Assembly (NCBI GenBank): GCA_964593285.1
Contig: CAZQHZ010000003.1
Location: forward strand, 1-64,000
Source of the DNA: an uncultured Methanosarcinales archaeon
Lineage (GTDB): Archaea > Nanobdellota > Nanobdellia > Woesearchaeales > DSVV01
Direction of reading: 5' to 3'
DNA length: 64,000 nt
The translations under genes were made by a program, and so were the position numbers. A model generated the notes under the pieces. That model was not told the DNA's origin. It did no database searches and worked only from the letters and a program-made list of their open reading frames with translations. This document shows positions 32,415 through 43,089 of this stretch, one piece after another (position 1 is the stretch's first letter; the number at the start of each line of letters is the position of its first letter).

Positions 32415-32522
32415 TATTTATTTATAAATTAATATGTGAATAAACCAAAAATTATTTAAATATATTTTAAAATAATATAAATAATCTTGTTTATTTTATG
32501 AAAAAAGGAGGATTTAATAAAT

Positions 32523-33452
32523 ATGAAAAATTTCAAATTTTGCAATAAATTATTATTAATATTGGTGTTAGGATTGTCTGTTTTTATTTTTGGGTGTGAT
32601 CAAGAAGATAAAACAGGGTCGCCATGGCTTGGTGGGTATGAAGGATTGGTTGTGGAATTTGAAAAAATAGATCAGACAACTGATTTTACTGGTTCATTTA
32701 GCCAAGTTTGGGAAGATGAAACATTTCCTGTTTTTATTTATGTTAATAATAGAGGAGAGTATGAAGTGCCTGCAAATGATGTTTTTTTTGAAATTAAAGG
32801 TATTGCATCATCTGATTTTTCTGGGTTGAGTTTTACTAAAAGAAATTCAGAAACAATTGAAAGAGTTTCAGAATTTATGCCTAATGGTGGTGAAACTTAT
32901 GTTGATTTTGGAAGTGCTAAATATAATAGGTTAGTTGGAACTCATTATGATGCAGAAATTTTCATATATTATACATATCCTTACAAAACAACAGTTAATG
33001 TACAAGATGTATGTTATAAGTACGATCCAAAAGATACTACTATTTGTAAAGTTGATAGTGTGCGTTCTGCACATGCTTCAGGTGGCCCTATACAGATTGG
33101 TACAGTAACTCAAAGATATATTGGAAAAGGAAGTATTATTGTTGAAATTCCTATTAAAAATGTTGGTAAAGGAAAAGTTAAACCTGCTGAAAGTCATGAA
33201 TTTAATTCAGTTCATGATGAGATATATTTTGAAACTAATGATAGAGACTGGGAATGTCGTTCTAGAGGAAACCCAAGTATTGCGCGAATAACTCATCAAG
33301 ACGGTGTTAGAAGTAATACTGAAACAGTTATTTTATGTACTAATAGAAATGTTGAAGCTGGTGCAAATTATCAAAAAGCTGTAACTTTAGAATTAACATA
33401 CTATTATCAAGATTGGATTTCTCATAAAATTAGAATTAAAGAAAATCCATAA
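32523..33452 (+). CDS. Lipoprotein, paralog 4 of 4 (most divergent, own promoter and SD)
   Basis: Lipobox IFGC; NRGEY, YPYKT…VC, SGGPIQI, KNVGKG; AAGGAGG upstream. Confidence 0.8.
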   Translation: MKNFKFCNKLLLILVLGLSVFIFGCDQEDKTGSPWLGGYEGLVVEFEKIDQTTDFTGSFSQVWEDETFPVFIYVNNRGEYEVPANDVFFEIKGIASSDFSGLSFTKRNSETIERVSEFMPNGGETYVDFGSAKYNRLVGTHYDAEIFIYYTYPYKTTVNVQDVCYKYDPKDTTICKVDSVRSAHASGGPIQIGTVTQRYIGKGSIIVEIPIKNVGKGKVKPAESHEFNSVHDEIYFETNDRDWECRSRGNPSIARITHQDGVRSNTETVILCTNRNVEAGANYQKAVTLELTYYYQDWISHKIRIKENP

Positions 33453-33483
33453 AAAATATTTTTTATTTATTTATTTATTTATT

Positions 33484-34452
33484 TTATTCTTTGTTTATAG
33501 TAGTTAATGTAAAATTTGCAAGTAATGCTTCTAGTTGCAGATATTCATCAGATCCTTCAGTCATTCTAAATTCAATATCACCACATTTATCGACTAGAAA
33601 AACCTTATCTTTTTCTAAAATATTTAAATTCCAAATTTCTCGTTGTATTTGTTTAATTATATCAATTCCAGAAAGTCCATATTTTAGCATTGTTTTAAGT
33701 AATAATTTTCTTGATTCAATAAATTTTTTATTAATTGCAAGTTCTAATATTTGAACTATTTCTTTTGGTTTTGCAAATGATGCCATAGAAAAAATTTCTT
33801 CTTGTGTTATTGTTTTATTTAATGATGAACTACTTTGAAGAATATTTTCAGCACGCCTGCAATCCCCATTAGAAATTTGATATAAAGCTTCTTTTGCATC
33901 GTTATTAATATTTAATTCTTCATTTTTTGCAATATTATCAATAATTGTGAATATTTCCTCTTTTTTTAGTGGTTTAAATCTAAAAATAGTACATCTTGAT
34001 TGTATTGGGTCGATTATTTTTGATGAATAATTGCAACTTAAAATAAATCTAGTTGTTTGTGTATAATTTTCCATAGTTCTTCTTAGGGCTTGCTGCGCTT
34101 CTTTAGTTAATGCATCACATTCATCTAAATAAATTATTTTAAATGGAACGTTACCTATTGCTTTTGTTCTTGCAAAATCTTTAACTTTATTTCTAATTAT
34201 ATCAATCCCTCGCTCATCTGAAGCATTTAATTCCAGAGTATTTTGTCTATATTCATCTCCAAATAATTCACGAGCAATAACTAATGCAAGTGTTGTTTTA
34301 CCAATCCCAGCAGATCCTGCAAACATTAAATGTGGCATATTTTTTTGTTTAATAAAAGCTTTAACTTTAGAAACAATATCTTCTTGTCCTATAATATCTT
34401 TGAATTTTTTTGGTCTATACTTTTCAGTCCATATTGCATTTTTATCAATCAT
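33484..34452 (-). CDS. rfcS: Replication factor C small subunit
   Basis: WTEKYRP, GxAGIGKTT, LELNASDERG, LDECDAL, AQQALRRTME, IQSRC. Confidence 0.97.
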   Translation of the reverse strand: MIDKNAIWTEKYRPKKFKDIIGQEDIVSKVKAFIKQKNMPHLMFAGSAGIGKTTLALVIARELFGDEYRQNTLELNASDERGIDIIRNKVKDFARTKAIGNVPFKIIYLDECDALTKEAQQALRRTMENYTQTTRFILSCNYSSKIIDPIQSRCTIFRFKPLKKEEIFTIIDNIAKNEELNINNDAKEALYQISNGDCRRAENILQSSSSLNKTITQEEIFSMASFAKPKEIVQILELAINKKFIESRKLLLKTMLKYGLSGIDIIKQIQREIWNLNILEKDKVFLVDKCGDIEFRMTEGSDEYLQLEALLANFTLTTINKE

Positions 34453-34552
34453 TTTAAATATTTGAAATAGTTATTAATTTAAAAAATTATTGTTATTTAG
34501 ATGTTGTAATTATATTATAAATTTATAAAAAGTAGAAATAAAAATTTAAAAA

Positions 34553-34825
34553 TTAAATTATGTCTTCTTCTGCAATTACCATAAAATCGCCTATTGCAAT
34601 AACTGCACTAAAAGGAATTAATATATTATTTGATTTATCTTTTTCAAGTTCTAGTTTTTCTGTATAAGTTGTTGGGTTTTTTAATAACATATGTATTAAT
34701 TCACCAGATCTTGTTTCAAATATTATATCTCCAACTTCGCCAAATCTTTTTCCAGATTTGCTTACAACTGTTTTACCTATTAATTCTTTAGAAAATCTTT
34801 TATCATCTTCAGCCATTTTATTCAC
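34553..34825 (-). CDS. PRC-barrel protein (CdpB-like)
   Basis: LIGKTVVSKSGKRFGEVGDIIF…G…IPFSAVIAIGD. Confidence 0.85.
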   Translation of the reverse strand: MNKMAEDDKRFSKELIGKTVVSKSGKRFGEVGDIIFETRSGELIHMLLKNPTTYTEKLELEKDKSNNILIPFSAVIAIGDFMVIAEEDII

Positions 34826-35176
34826 TCATATCAATTTTTTATTTTAAAATTATTTGTATTAATTTAAACTATTCTTTATAATCATTAAGTTATATTTAAA
34901 GTTTTTGTAGTTTTTGTAGTTTTTATGGTTGTTTTTTTTGATTTAGTAATCTTGTAGTAACTATTTTATGTAAATAAAAAAATAGAAATATTTAAAAACT
35001 TAGCAATAATTGTAAAATTTAGATATAAATTATAATTATATATAGAAGTAAAATTTATATTTAACTATAATAAAAATGATTAAAAAAACGAAAAATTTAT
35101 AAATTCTAATTTATCTAATTAGAAAATATATTAATATACTTATAAATATATTATAACTTACAAAAAAGAGGAAAAA

Positions 35177-37300
35177 ATGTTTAAAAAATTATTGATACCA
35201 ATTCTTATACTTGTTGTTTTATCTACATTTGCATTTGCAGATTTGCCAAATAGGCTCAATATTACTATGTCTGAAATAGTATATAATAATATTACTTATG
35301 CTAAAGATTTTTATCTAGAAGAAGAAAATACATTTTGTGAAATTCATGGTACTTTAAATATAACTAATCCAAGTGAAGATACTGTAAATACAATTTATAT
35401 TGAATTTGTAAATTATGAACGAATGATTACTGATTTTGTTTTAGTTGATGGTAGGAATGCAACTAAATCTTCTGGAAGTTTAGCTACTGAACAAGAATAT
35501 GGTAGGATTGAAAGTGGAATTAATAATGTTGAATTAATTCAAGATTTAGATGATGATAATTTAATAGATTATATGTATGTTAATTCAACTCATTTAATAT
35601 TTAATTTAAGTTCTGAATCAAATTTACTTTCAATTCCGTTTGGTCAAGATATTTCTAATGCAGGTACCACTCCAGTTACCTTGAATTTAATTAATCAAAC
35701 TTTATCAGGAACAAAAGATTATGCAAATGTTACAATAATTGGTGAAACAGATGAAAATAATGTTTTAACTGAAAATATGGAAATTTTCATTAAAGAATTT
35801 ATGTATGGCCCTATTGTTTTATTTATTCCAGAACTTAGAAATAATAATTATACAACATTTATCTATAATATTACATGCGATGGAACTGAGCCACCTGTAA
35901 AAATTTCTACAAATTATTCTAATTTAGATCATCCTGATATAAACCGAAAAGTTCTTGCAGGACATAATTGGACAGTAACACAGTATGCAAAAAATAATTT
36001 ATATTTAGGACATGATGTTACAAATATAAATATTACAATGAATTCACAACCTGTTGTTTGGAATGAAACTGAATTTGATTTTTATTTGCGAAATTTATTT
36101 CCACTTGGAGATTATACCAATGTACATGGAAATGGAACATCAAATAAAACTTGGTGGTGGCAACCAAATGGTGGAATACTTAATGCTGATGAAGAAGTAA
36201 ATGTTAGTTATACTATTCAAGCACCAGAATCAGTTCCTTTTACTGCAACTTTTTTAGCATTAATTGAAAATATTTCATATGATGCACCATTTTTAATGTC
36301 AAATTTAACTATTAATGAAATTAATGCAACTGCAGAAATTAATAATAAAGCACAAAAACGAATTGTTCAACCTGCAGATGATGAAGAAAATAATAATGTT
36401 ACATGGGGTGCAAATGCAGAAGTTAGTGTTCCAATTAATATTAGTTATGAATTATTTAAAGTAAGTTTGTGGGTTACTAGTGTAGGTGGTGATCCTAATG
36501 AAGATACTGGATTGAATCGTACATATAATAATAGTATAAATGTTCCTTTAGTTGAATTAAATTTATCAGATAAATGGGAAGGTAGTGAATGGCTTTTTAA
36601 TTACACAGATTCCACAGATCCGCCAGTTGTTTGGATTACGCCTGAGTGGAGAATAAAAAATAAATATGGTCAAATACTTAATTTTTCAAGAACTGTTAGT
36701 GGAGAAGACTTATATATGAAATATATTTATGTTGTTCATGGATATTGGCTTGAAATTGAAAAAAATATTACAAGTATTGGCGAAGATCAATATCATGTTT
36801 TTACTTATGTTGAAAATATAGGTAATGGATGGACACCAAAAGATGAATTTGTTACTGTATATGATTTTGTTCCAATTGAATTTAGTGCGTGGAACTTTTC
36901 AATTGAGGATGATATGATTAATCAAACTGTGGGTGATCCTACTACAAATTATTATGGTATGTCATATAGGTGGAATATCCCGCCAAAGCCTTTGATGAAT
37001 TCATCACTTGGTCCAAAAAATGGTCCTGATAAAACAGGTCCTGGAAATTATTCATGGAATGTATCATACATAGTAAATGGTACTGGTGATTATCGGGCTT
37101 CAGAATTATATATTGTTGGTTTAGACCCACTGAAAGTTGATGGTGCATTTACATCACCTGTTATTTCAGTAATTTCGGGGCTACAAACTTATTCAAAAGA
37201 ATTAATTTATGTATCAATTTTTGGTTTACTAATAGTTATTAATATTGCAAATTTATTTATAACTAGTAATATTAACAAAAAACTTAAAAACCATAAATAA
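35177..37300 (+). CDS. Membrane-anchored surface glycoprotein (S-layer-like)
   Basis: Signal peptide, abundant NxT/S sequons, beta-rich, C-terminal TM and basic tail. Confidence 0.7.
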   Translation: MFKKLLIPILILVVLSTFAFADLPNRLNITMSEIVYNNITYAKDFYLEEENTFCEIHGTLNITNPSEDTVNTIYIEFVNYERMITDFVLVDGRNATKSSGSLATEQEYGRIESGINNVELIQDLDDDNLIDYMYVNSTHLIFNLSSESNLLSIPFGQDISNAGTTPVTLNLINQTLSGTKDYANVTIIGETDENNVLTENMEIFIKEFMYGPIVLFIPELRNNNYTTFIYNITCDGTEPPVKISTNYSNLDHPDINRKVLAGHNWTVTQYAKNNLYLGHDVTNINITMNSQPVVWNETEFDFYLRNLFPLGDYTNVHGNGTSNKTWWWQPNGGILNADEEVNVSYTIQAPESVPFTATFLALIENISYDAPFLMSNLTINEINATAEINNKAQKRIVQPADDEENNNVTWGANAEVSVPINISYELFKVSLWVTSVGGDPNEDTGLNRTYNNSINVPLVELNLSDKWEGSEWLFNYTDSTDPPVVWITPEWRIKNKYGQILNFSRTVSGEDLYMKYIYVVHGYWLEIEKNITSIGEDQYHVFTYVENIGNGWTPKDEFVTVYDFVPIEFSAWNFSIEDDMINQTVGDPTTNYYGMSYRWNIPPKPLMNSSLGPKNGPDKTGPGNYSWNVSYIVNGTGDYRASELYIVGLDPLKVDGAFTSPVISVISGLQTYSKELIYVSIFGLLIVINIANLFITSNINKKLKNHK

Positions 37301-37338
37301 ATAATTTTATTTTAAAAAAAAGAGGGGTTAGTGGTATT

Positions 37339-38061
37339 TTGATTTTATCAAATTTGAAAATAAACTTAAAATATTTAGTATATGTATTTATGTTTATTTT
37401 TGTAATAAATTTTTGTTTAGGAGAGATTGTTGTATTTAATAATTATGAAACTACAATTCATTTGCAAGATGGCAAATTACATGTAATTAAGGAATTAACT
37501 TTAGAAAATGTTGGTTCTGATCCTATAATTCCTGGTGAATTACATTTTAAAATTCATGAATTAAAAAAAGGTGAGAAAATTCCTTCCGAAATTTTAAATT
37601 TTAATACTATAAATGGTCGTGATCAAGAATTAGATTCTAGAGTTATTGAAGGTAATACTGAAACAGATTTGGTTGTAAGTGTTTGGGAGCCAATTTTACC
37701 TAAATTTAGTTATAAAATATTTTTAACTTATGATATTGTTTTTGAACCGAAAGGTTTTTTGTTTTATGAATTTAATGTTCCAACTGAAGATACTACAATT
37801 CCTATAAAAAAAAATCAAAATATTGTATTAATTCCTTCAAATTATAAAGTTACTTTTGCAAAAGATGCAAGTGTTAGCCAAGTTACTAAAGATGATAAAA
37901 AGTTTAGTGAAGTAAAATGGACAAATACTGGTAATATGGTTCTAGAATATTCTAAAATACCCTTGCCAAAAACAGGTGTTAAGGCTGTAAATTTATTTTG
38001 GAGCGTGATAATTATTTTAACAATTTTGGCAACATTTATTATTCATAAAAAATTAAGATAA
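37339..38061 (+). CDS. Membrane-anchored surface protein
   Basis: Signal peptide, beta domain, C-terminal TM with HKKLR. Confidence 0.7.
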   Translation: MILSNLKINLKYLVYVFMFIFVINFCLGEIVVFNNYETTIHLQDGKLHVIKELTLENVGSDPIIPGELHFKIHELKKGEKIPSEILNFNTINGRDQELDSRVIEGNTETDLVVSVWEPILPKFSYKIFLTYDIVFEPKGFLFYEFNVPTEDTTIPIKKNQNIVLIPSNYKVTFAKDASVSQVTKDDKKFSEVKWTNTGNMVLEYSKIPLPKTGVKAVNLFWSVIIILTILATFIIHKKLR

Positions 38062-38084
38062 TTATTTGGAGGAATTTTAAAAAA

Positions 38085-39941
38085 TTGAAATTTTATTTAT
38101 ATTTGTTAATTTTTTGTTTACTTAGTTTTTCTGTTTTTTCTAGTACTGAAGGTTTTTTTATGGATATTTTTGAAAAAGGGAAAGTTGTTAATTATTATGA
38201 TGAATATTATGTTGTTCAAATAAATGGAACAATTAATGTTACAAATAATTATAATTCTACAATGTTTAATATTGAAATACCATTTAATTTAGATACATTA
38301 AATATTTTTGAAGTAGATACAAATTTTATTGATCAAAATAAATTTAGTTTTTCAATGTTTGATCCTTTTGAAACAAAAACTTTTGATTATGAAATTCGTG
38401 GAATTACTGCATTTGATCCAATGAAACAAAATAAAAATGTTTTAGCTTCATCTATTTTAATTGATGAGGTTTCTTTGCATTCTTTAATTATTTCTAAGTT
38501 GAATAAAGCAGATATTGAAGCAGTTGATATAAATACAAGTGATGTAAAAAGTGTTGCAAAAAGAAGACTTATTACTGTTTCATTAGAAAATCCAACAAGT
38601 GCTGAATATAATGTAACTTCAATAACTGTTTTAAAAACTCCTGATTTAGATCCAAATAATATAGTTAATCAGTGGGATTTACTTGATGATGTTTTAATAT
38701 TAAAGGAAAATCAAAAATATGAAGAAGATATTGTGGATTTTGATGCTAAACCAAATGATGTTTATTGGCTTACAACAAAAACAGACACCCATTTTAATTT
38801 ATTTTTAAATTCAAACAATAGTATTTTAAGATATAGTCAAGATGATTTACTAAGTCCTGAAAATATAACTGTTTCAATTAATGGTACACAATTTAATGTA
38901 AGTGAATATTTAGAACATATGTTATATGTTAAAAAATCCTATTCAGATACACATATTTTTCCAGGGGACTTAATTGAAGTTGATATTAGGATTAACAATT
39001 TTGCTCCAATTAATAGAAATGTTACTGTTAAAGATTTTTTGCCACTTGGGTTTTTATTTGATTCAGGTAATGAACCAACAAATGCTGATGGTAGTGAATT
39101 AGTTTGGCAAATTAATATAAATCCTGAAAGTACTAAAAGACTTACGTATAATTTAAAATATGTTGATGAAGAAATGCTTGGTGTTGATTATTTTAAGCCT
39201 GCAGAAGTAATTTATGATGGTGGTGTTTTTTATACGAAAAGAACATCTTTTATTAGAAAGTATATCCCTGATAAAAAAATTTTTGTTCAAAAAAAAGTTA
39301 AAGAATCACTAAATGATGAATATGTTGTTGAAATTTTTGTGCATAATGTTGGAGAATATGGTATTGATAATTTAATAGTTAAAGAATTTTTAAATACAGA
39401 TGATGTTTTTCGGGAAATTACAATAATGCCTAAAGATAAGGGATTGTGGGATATTGAAAATTTAAAAAAGTCTGATGTTTGGAAAGTTTCTTATATTACA
39501 GATAAAAATGATGCATTATTTTCTTTACCTCAAATTATAGGAATTGATGAAAGCGTTGTTATGAAGACTTTAATTTTTGAACATGTTATTAGAAATGAAT
39601 GGAGCGAGAGTGCTGTTAAATTTATTGAAAAGTTTGGTTTATTTATTTTAATTTTTCTACCTTTATTGTTAATTATTTTAAACAGGATGCGTAGAACATA
39701 TAAAGAAAGAAGTTTTAAGAAAATGTCTAAACAAATTAATAAATTAAAAAATGATTCAACGCCTGATATTATAGATTCTATTGACTATTTGCGAAAAGAA
39801 GCTAATATAAAAACAGATTTTCCAGTTAGTGAAAAATTTAATGGAGATAATTATAAAAAACCTGTTAGTAAAAATGATTTTAAAGATGAAGTTAAGCATA
39901 ATATGGATGATTTAGAAAAACTAAAAAAGGATTTAAAATAA
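38085..39941 (+). CDS. Membrane-anchored surface protein with DUF11-like Ig domain
   Basis: VKKS…PGD.I.V.I.I.N…NVTVKDFLP.GF…LVW; TM followed by charged tail. Confidence 0.7.
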   Translation: MKFYLYLLIFCLLSFSVFSSTEGFFMDIFEKGKVVNYYDEYYVVQINGTINVTNNYNSTMFNIEIPFNLDTLNIFEVDTNFIDQNKFSFSMFDPFETKTFDYEIRGITAFDPMKQNKNVLASSILIDEVSLHSLIISKLNKADIEAVDINTSDVKSVAKRRLITVSLENPTSAEYNVTSITVLKTPDLDPNNIVNQWDLLDDVLILKENQKYEEDIVDFDAKPNDVYWLTTKTDTHFNLFLNSNNSILRYSQDDLLSPENITVSINGTQFNVSEYLEHMLYVKKSYSDTHIFPGDLIEVDIRINNFAPINRNVTVKDFLPLGFLFDSGNEPTNADGSELVWQININPESTKRLTYNLKYVDEEMLGVDYFKPAEVIYDGGVFYTKRTSFIRKYIPDKKIFVQKKVKESLNDEYVVEIFVHNVGEYGIDNLIVKEFLNTDDVFREITIMPKDKGLWDIENLKKSDVWKVSYITDKNDALFSLPQIIGIDESVVMKTLIFEHVIRNEWSESAVKFIEKFGLFILIFLPLLLIILNRMRRTYKERSFKKMSKQINKLKNDSTPDIIDSIDYLRKEANIKTDFPVSEKFNGDNYKKPVSKNDFKDEVKHNMDDLEKLKKDLK

Positions 39942-41018
39942 AATTTTTTTTGTAAATTTTAATAATCTTGGTTCTCTAAAAAGTAATGAAGTTATTAATT
40001 TGATTGAATTATCTCTGTTGTATTTTAAAAAAATATCTTCATTTTTAGAAGCCATCTTAATTAAATCTGTATTGTCTTTATTAGTAAATTTATTTAATAT
40101 TTTTCTAATATATAAATGCATTAGTAATTCTTTTCCAATTTTTTTTCGCCATTGTTTTTCATAATTTTTTTTATTTAAAATGCAGTCTGCTAGGATTTTA
40201 CTTGAAATTAATCCTTGAATTATTCCACCACCTGTTGTTGCTTTTACTTGAGCTGCACTATCTCCGACGAGATAAAAATTATCTTTTTGTGTTTTAATTT
40301 TTGGATTATATATTGGAATTAATCCTGCTTGTGTTGCAAGAATTTTATTTTTGTCTAATTTATTGTTTTTTAATAAATTTGATAAAATTAAGCTTGGATT
40401 ACTAATACTACAACTTCCAATCCTAGCTATGTTTTCATTTTCAGGAATTATCCAGCTAAAAAATTGTTGTTTTTTATCGCCTAAAAATACACTTATTGTA
40501 TCTTTTTTAAATTCTCCTTTTATTATGAATTGCTTTCCAAAATAATATTTTGGTTTAATATTATTAATATATTCTCTTCCTTTGCTATAAGCACCCTCTG
40601 CAGATATCACTGTTTTATGTTTAAATAAATCATTTTTCGTTTTTAAAAAATATAAATTATTTTTTTTATTTATATTAATTATTTTTTTATTATAAAAAAT
40701 TTTGGCACCAGCATTTAAAGCCATATCTTTTATTTGATTATCAAATTTAGTTCTATCTATAATATAGTCATTAATTTTTAATTTTGCGTTTAATTTATCA
40801 GAAATATTTGGAAATACTTTTACATAATTTATTCTATTTATAATTGTTTCTTTACTTATATTAATTGTTTTAAGAATGTCTTTTGTCACAATCCCACTAC
40901 ATTGTATTGGTTTACCGATAGTTTTGTGTTCTTCATAAATTGTTGTTTTTATTCCTTTTTTTGAAAGGTGATATGCACACATTAATCCAGCAGGGCCACC
41001 ACCAATAATTCCAACCAT
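39933..41018 (-). CDS. Geranylgeranyl reductase-family FAD oxidoreductase
   Basis: IIGGGPAG, PIQCSG, DRxKFD, WIIP, LVGDSAAQVKATTGGGI. Confidence 0.88.
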   Translation of the reverse strand: MVGIIGGGPAGLMCAYHLSKKGIKTTIYEEHKTIGKPIQCSGIVTKDILKTINISKETIINRINYVKVFPNISDKLNAKLKINDYIIDRTKFDNQIKDMALNAGAKIFYNKKIININKKNNLYFLKTKNDLFKHKTVISAEGAYSKGREYINNIKPKYYFGKQFIIKGEFKKDTISVFLGDKKQQFFSWIIPENENIARIGSCSISNPSLILSNLLKNNKLDKNKILATQAGLIPIYNPKIKTQKDNFYLVGDSAAQVKATTGGGIIQGLISSKILADCILNKKNYEKQWRKKIGKELLMHLYIRKILNKFTNKDNTDLIKMASKNEDIFLKYNRDNSIKLITSLLFREPRLLKFTKKILF

Positions 41019-41180
41019 TTTTAATAAAAAAATTTATTAAATTAAATAATTTTCTTTAATTTGTTCTTATTTGGAAGTGGTACTATTTCAAAACATTTAA
41101 ATATAACTTGTGTTTTTCACTATTTAATACTAATAAATTTTTGTTATGAATAAGTTATAATTGTTGGGGGTAATATTAAA

Positions 41181-43076
41181 ATGAAAAATGTTTATAATAG
41201 TCTATTAAATCAGGCAGAATTAGCTGGGAAAAAAAATGGTAAGCGATATGAATCTAAATTTAATCAAGTTTTTAATGATTCTATGAAATATGTTAGTTCA
41301 CTTTCAGATAATCAATTGTCTGAATTAAAAAATACGTATAATGGTGCTTTTGATAGTTATCTTAAAAATACTCAAGGGCGAAAAACTAAAACTCGAGAAA
41401 ATATTGAAAATAAAGTTAAAACTTTAGATTCTTTACTTAGTGATAAAAGTAATATTGATATTTGTAAAGAATTAAATAATGAGATGAAAAATTCTAGAAG
41501 ATATTCTGATAAATTTGAAAAAGCTTATGAATTAATAAGTACCAAAACAGATAATGGTTCTTTAAGTGATTCACAAGCAAAATTTGCAAAAGAATATGTA
41601 AATAATTTAGTTAATGATTATAAGACAAAAAATAAGGGAAAAGTTACAAAAAATTATTTAGATAAGATTAATACAAGTATGAATGGTATTAATAGTGTTT
41701 TAAATTCTTATATCAATAATCAACAAAGCAATTTAAAATCAGATGTTAGTGATAATTTAGGAGACAATCCTAGTAATTATAATACAAATGAAAGATTTTT
41801 TATTCCACATGATAATGGTATAATTTTACATGGTGTGACAATAATTCCGCCTATTAAATATGTAACTCAGCCTGCAAAAGATGCAGTAAGTTTTGCAGCT
41901 CAAGGAATAAAAAGTATTGGTGATTTAATTGGTTTAACTTATCATAATGTTAAGAATAATTTAAAAGATAAAAAATCAAAAATCGCTAATAAAATTAAAA
42001 ATATTTATTCTAAAAAATCAGATGTTGAAATTGAATTAGATCCAAATAAACCTGGAAGTGCAATGATGAATCCACTTCCAAAGCCAAATCAAGATTTAAA
42101 AAAAGAAAAAGATTATACAATTGATGGTGTTTTAAATGATGGTTCTGTTGAATCTAGAGAAGAAAACGTAAAAGAATCTTTGTTTTCAAAATTTAAAAAT
42201 TGGTATAATTCAAAAAAAGTAGATACAAAAAAATCTGATGTTAATGTAAAAGATGAAGAAAAACAAGCAACATATTTTTCAAAAATTAAAGGAAGACTTT
42301 TAAATTTTAAAGAAAAAAGTCCTATTTATAAATTATTTTCTGGGAAAAACAAAACAGATAAAAAAATAATTGGACAAGAAGAAAATACAAATGTTCAGAA
42401 TAAAAATTCTTGGAAGAGACAAGTTGCTTATACAACTTTAGGTGTTGCTTCACTAGCAGCATTATCTATCGGTGCATACGCAGCTTTTAATAAGGAAGCA
42501 GTAGATGAGACTAAAGAGGAAAAACCAGCATCTGTTTATGCAATTAATTCAAAAGATATAACTCCTTCTGTAATTGATGTAGATAAAAATTCTAAAGAAA
42601 ATACACTTGAAGGTGTTATTGAAAAAATAAATAATTTAACCTTTACTCAACCTAAGCAAGTTGATCCAAAATCCTCAGAATTTGATGAAAAATTAAAAAC
42701 ACAATGGTATGGTTTACATATTGAAAAAGATCAAGAGAATAAAACCTTTATTCCAACATTATCTAAAGATATAGATGATGATAATTTATCATTGATTGGT
42801 CAACTTAAGGATGGTGGTTTTAAAGTTTTAAATCCAGGTGATAGTTATTCATCTAATGAATTTTCTGCGGTTGGTTTTGCGAAAGTAAATAATAATGATG
42901 ATGTTAATTTTCGAAATTCAGTTAGATTGGATAAAGAATCAAAAAAATCAGAACAGGTTATGCCATTAGAAGAAAAAACAATTGAAGAAGATGAAAAAAA
43001 ATCAACAAATTCTTCAAATAATGATGAAGTAGTAGATTTTTTAAAAGGGCAATCTGATATTTTATTAAAGAATTAA
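41181..43076 (+). CDS. Hypothetical single-TM protein
   Basis: 631 aa, K/N-rich helical N-terminus, one TM (LGVASLAALSIGAYAAF). Confidence 0.7.
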   Translation: MKNVYNSLLNQAELAGKKNGKRYESKFNQVFNDSMKYVSSLSDNQLSELKNTYNGAFDSYLKNTQGRKTKTRENIENKVKTLDSLLSDKSNIDICKELNNEMKNSRRYSDKFEKAYELISTKTDNGSLSDSQAKFAKEYVNNLVNDYKTKNKGKVTKNYLDKINTSMNGINSVLNSYINNQQSNLKSDVSDNLGDNPSNYNTNERFFIPHDNGIILHGVTIIPPIKYVTQPAKDAVSFAAQGIKSIGDLIGLTYHNVKNNLKDKKSKIANKIKNIYSKKSDVEIELDPNKPGSAMMNPLPKPNQDLKKEKDYTIDGVLNDGSVESREENVKESLFSKFKNWYNSKKVDTKKSDVNVKDEEKQATYFSKIKGRLLNFKEKSPIYKLFSGKNKTDKKIIGQEENTNVQNKNSWKRQVAYTTLGVASLAALSIGAYAAFNKEAVDETKEEKPASVYAINSKDITPSVIDVDKNSKENTLEGVIEKINNLTFTQPKQVDPKSSEFDEKLKTQWYGLHIEKDQENKTFIPTLSKDIDDDNLSLIGQLKDGGFKVLNPGDSYSSNEFSAVGFAKVNNNDDVNFRNSVRLDKESKKSEQVMPLEEKTIEEDEKKSTNSSNNDEVVDFLKGQSDILLKN

Positions 43077-43089
43077 TTGGTGATTTAGA

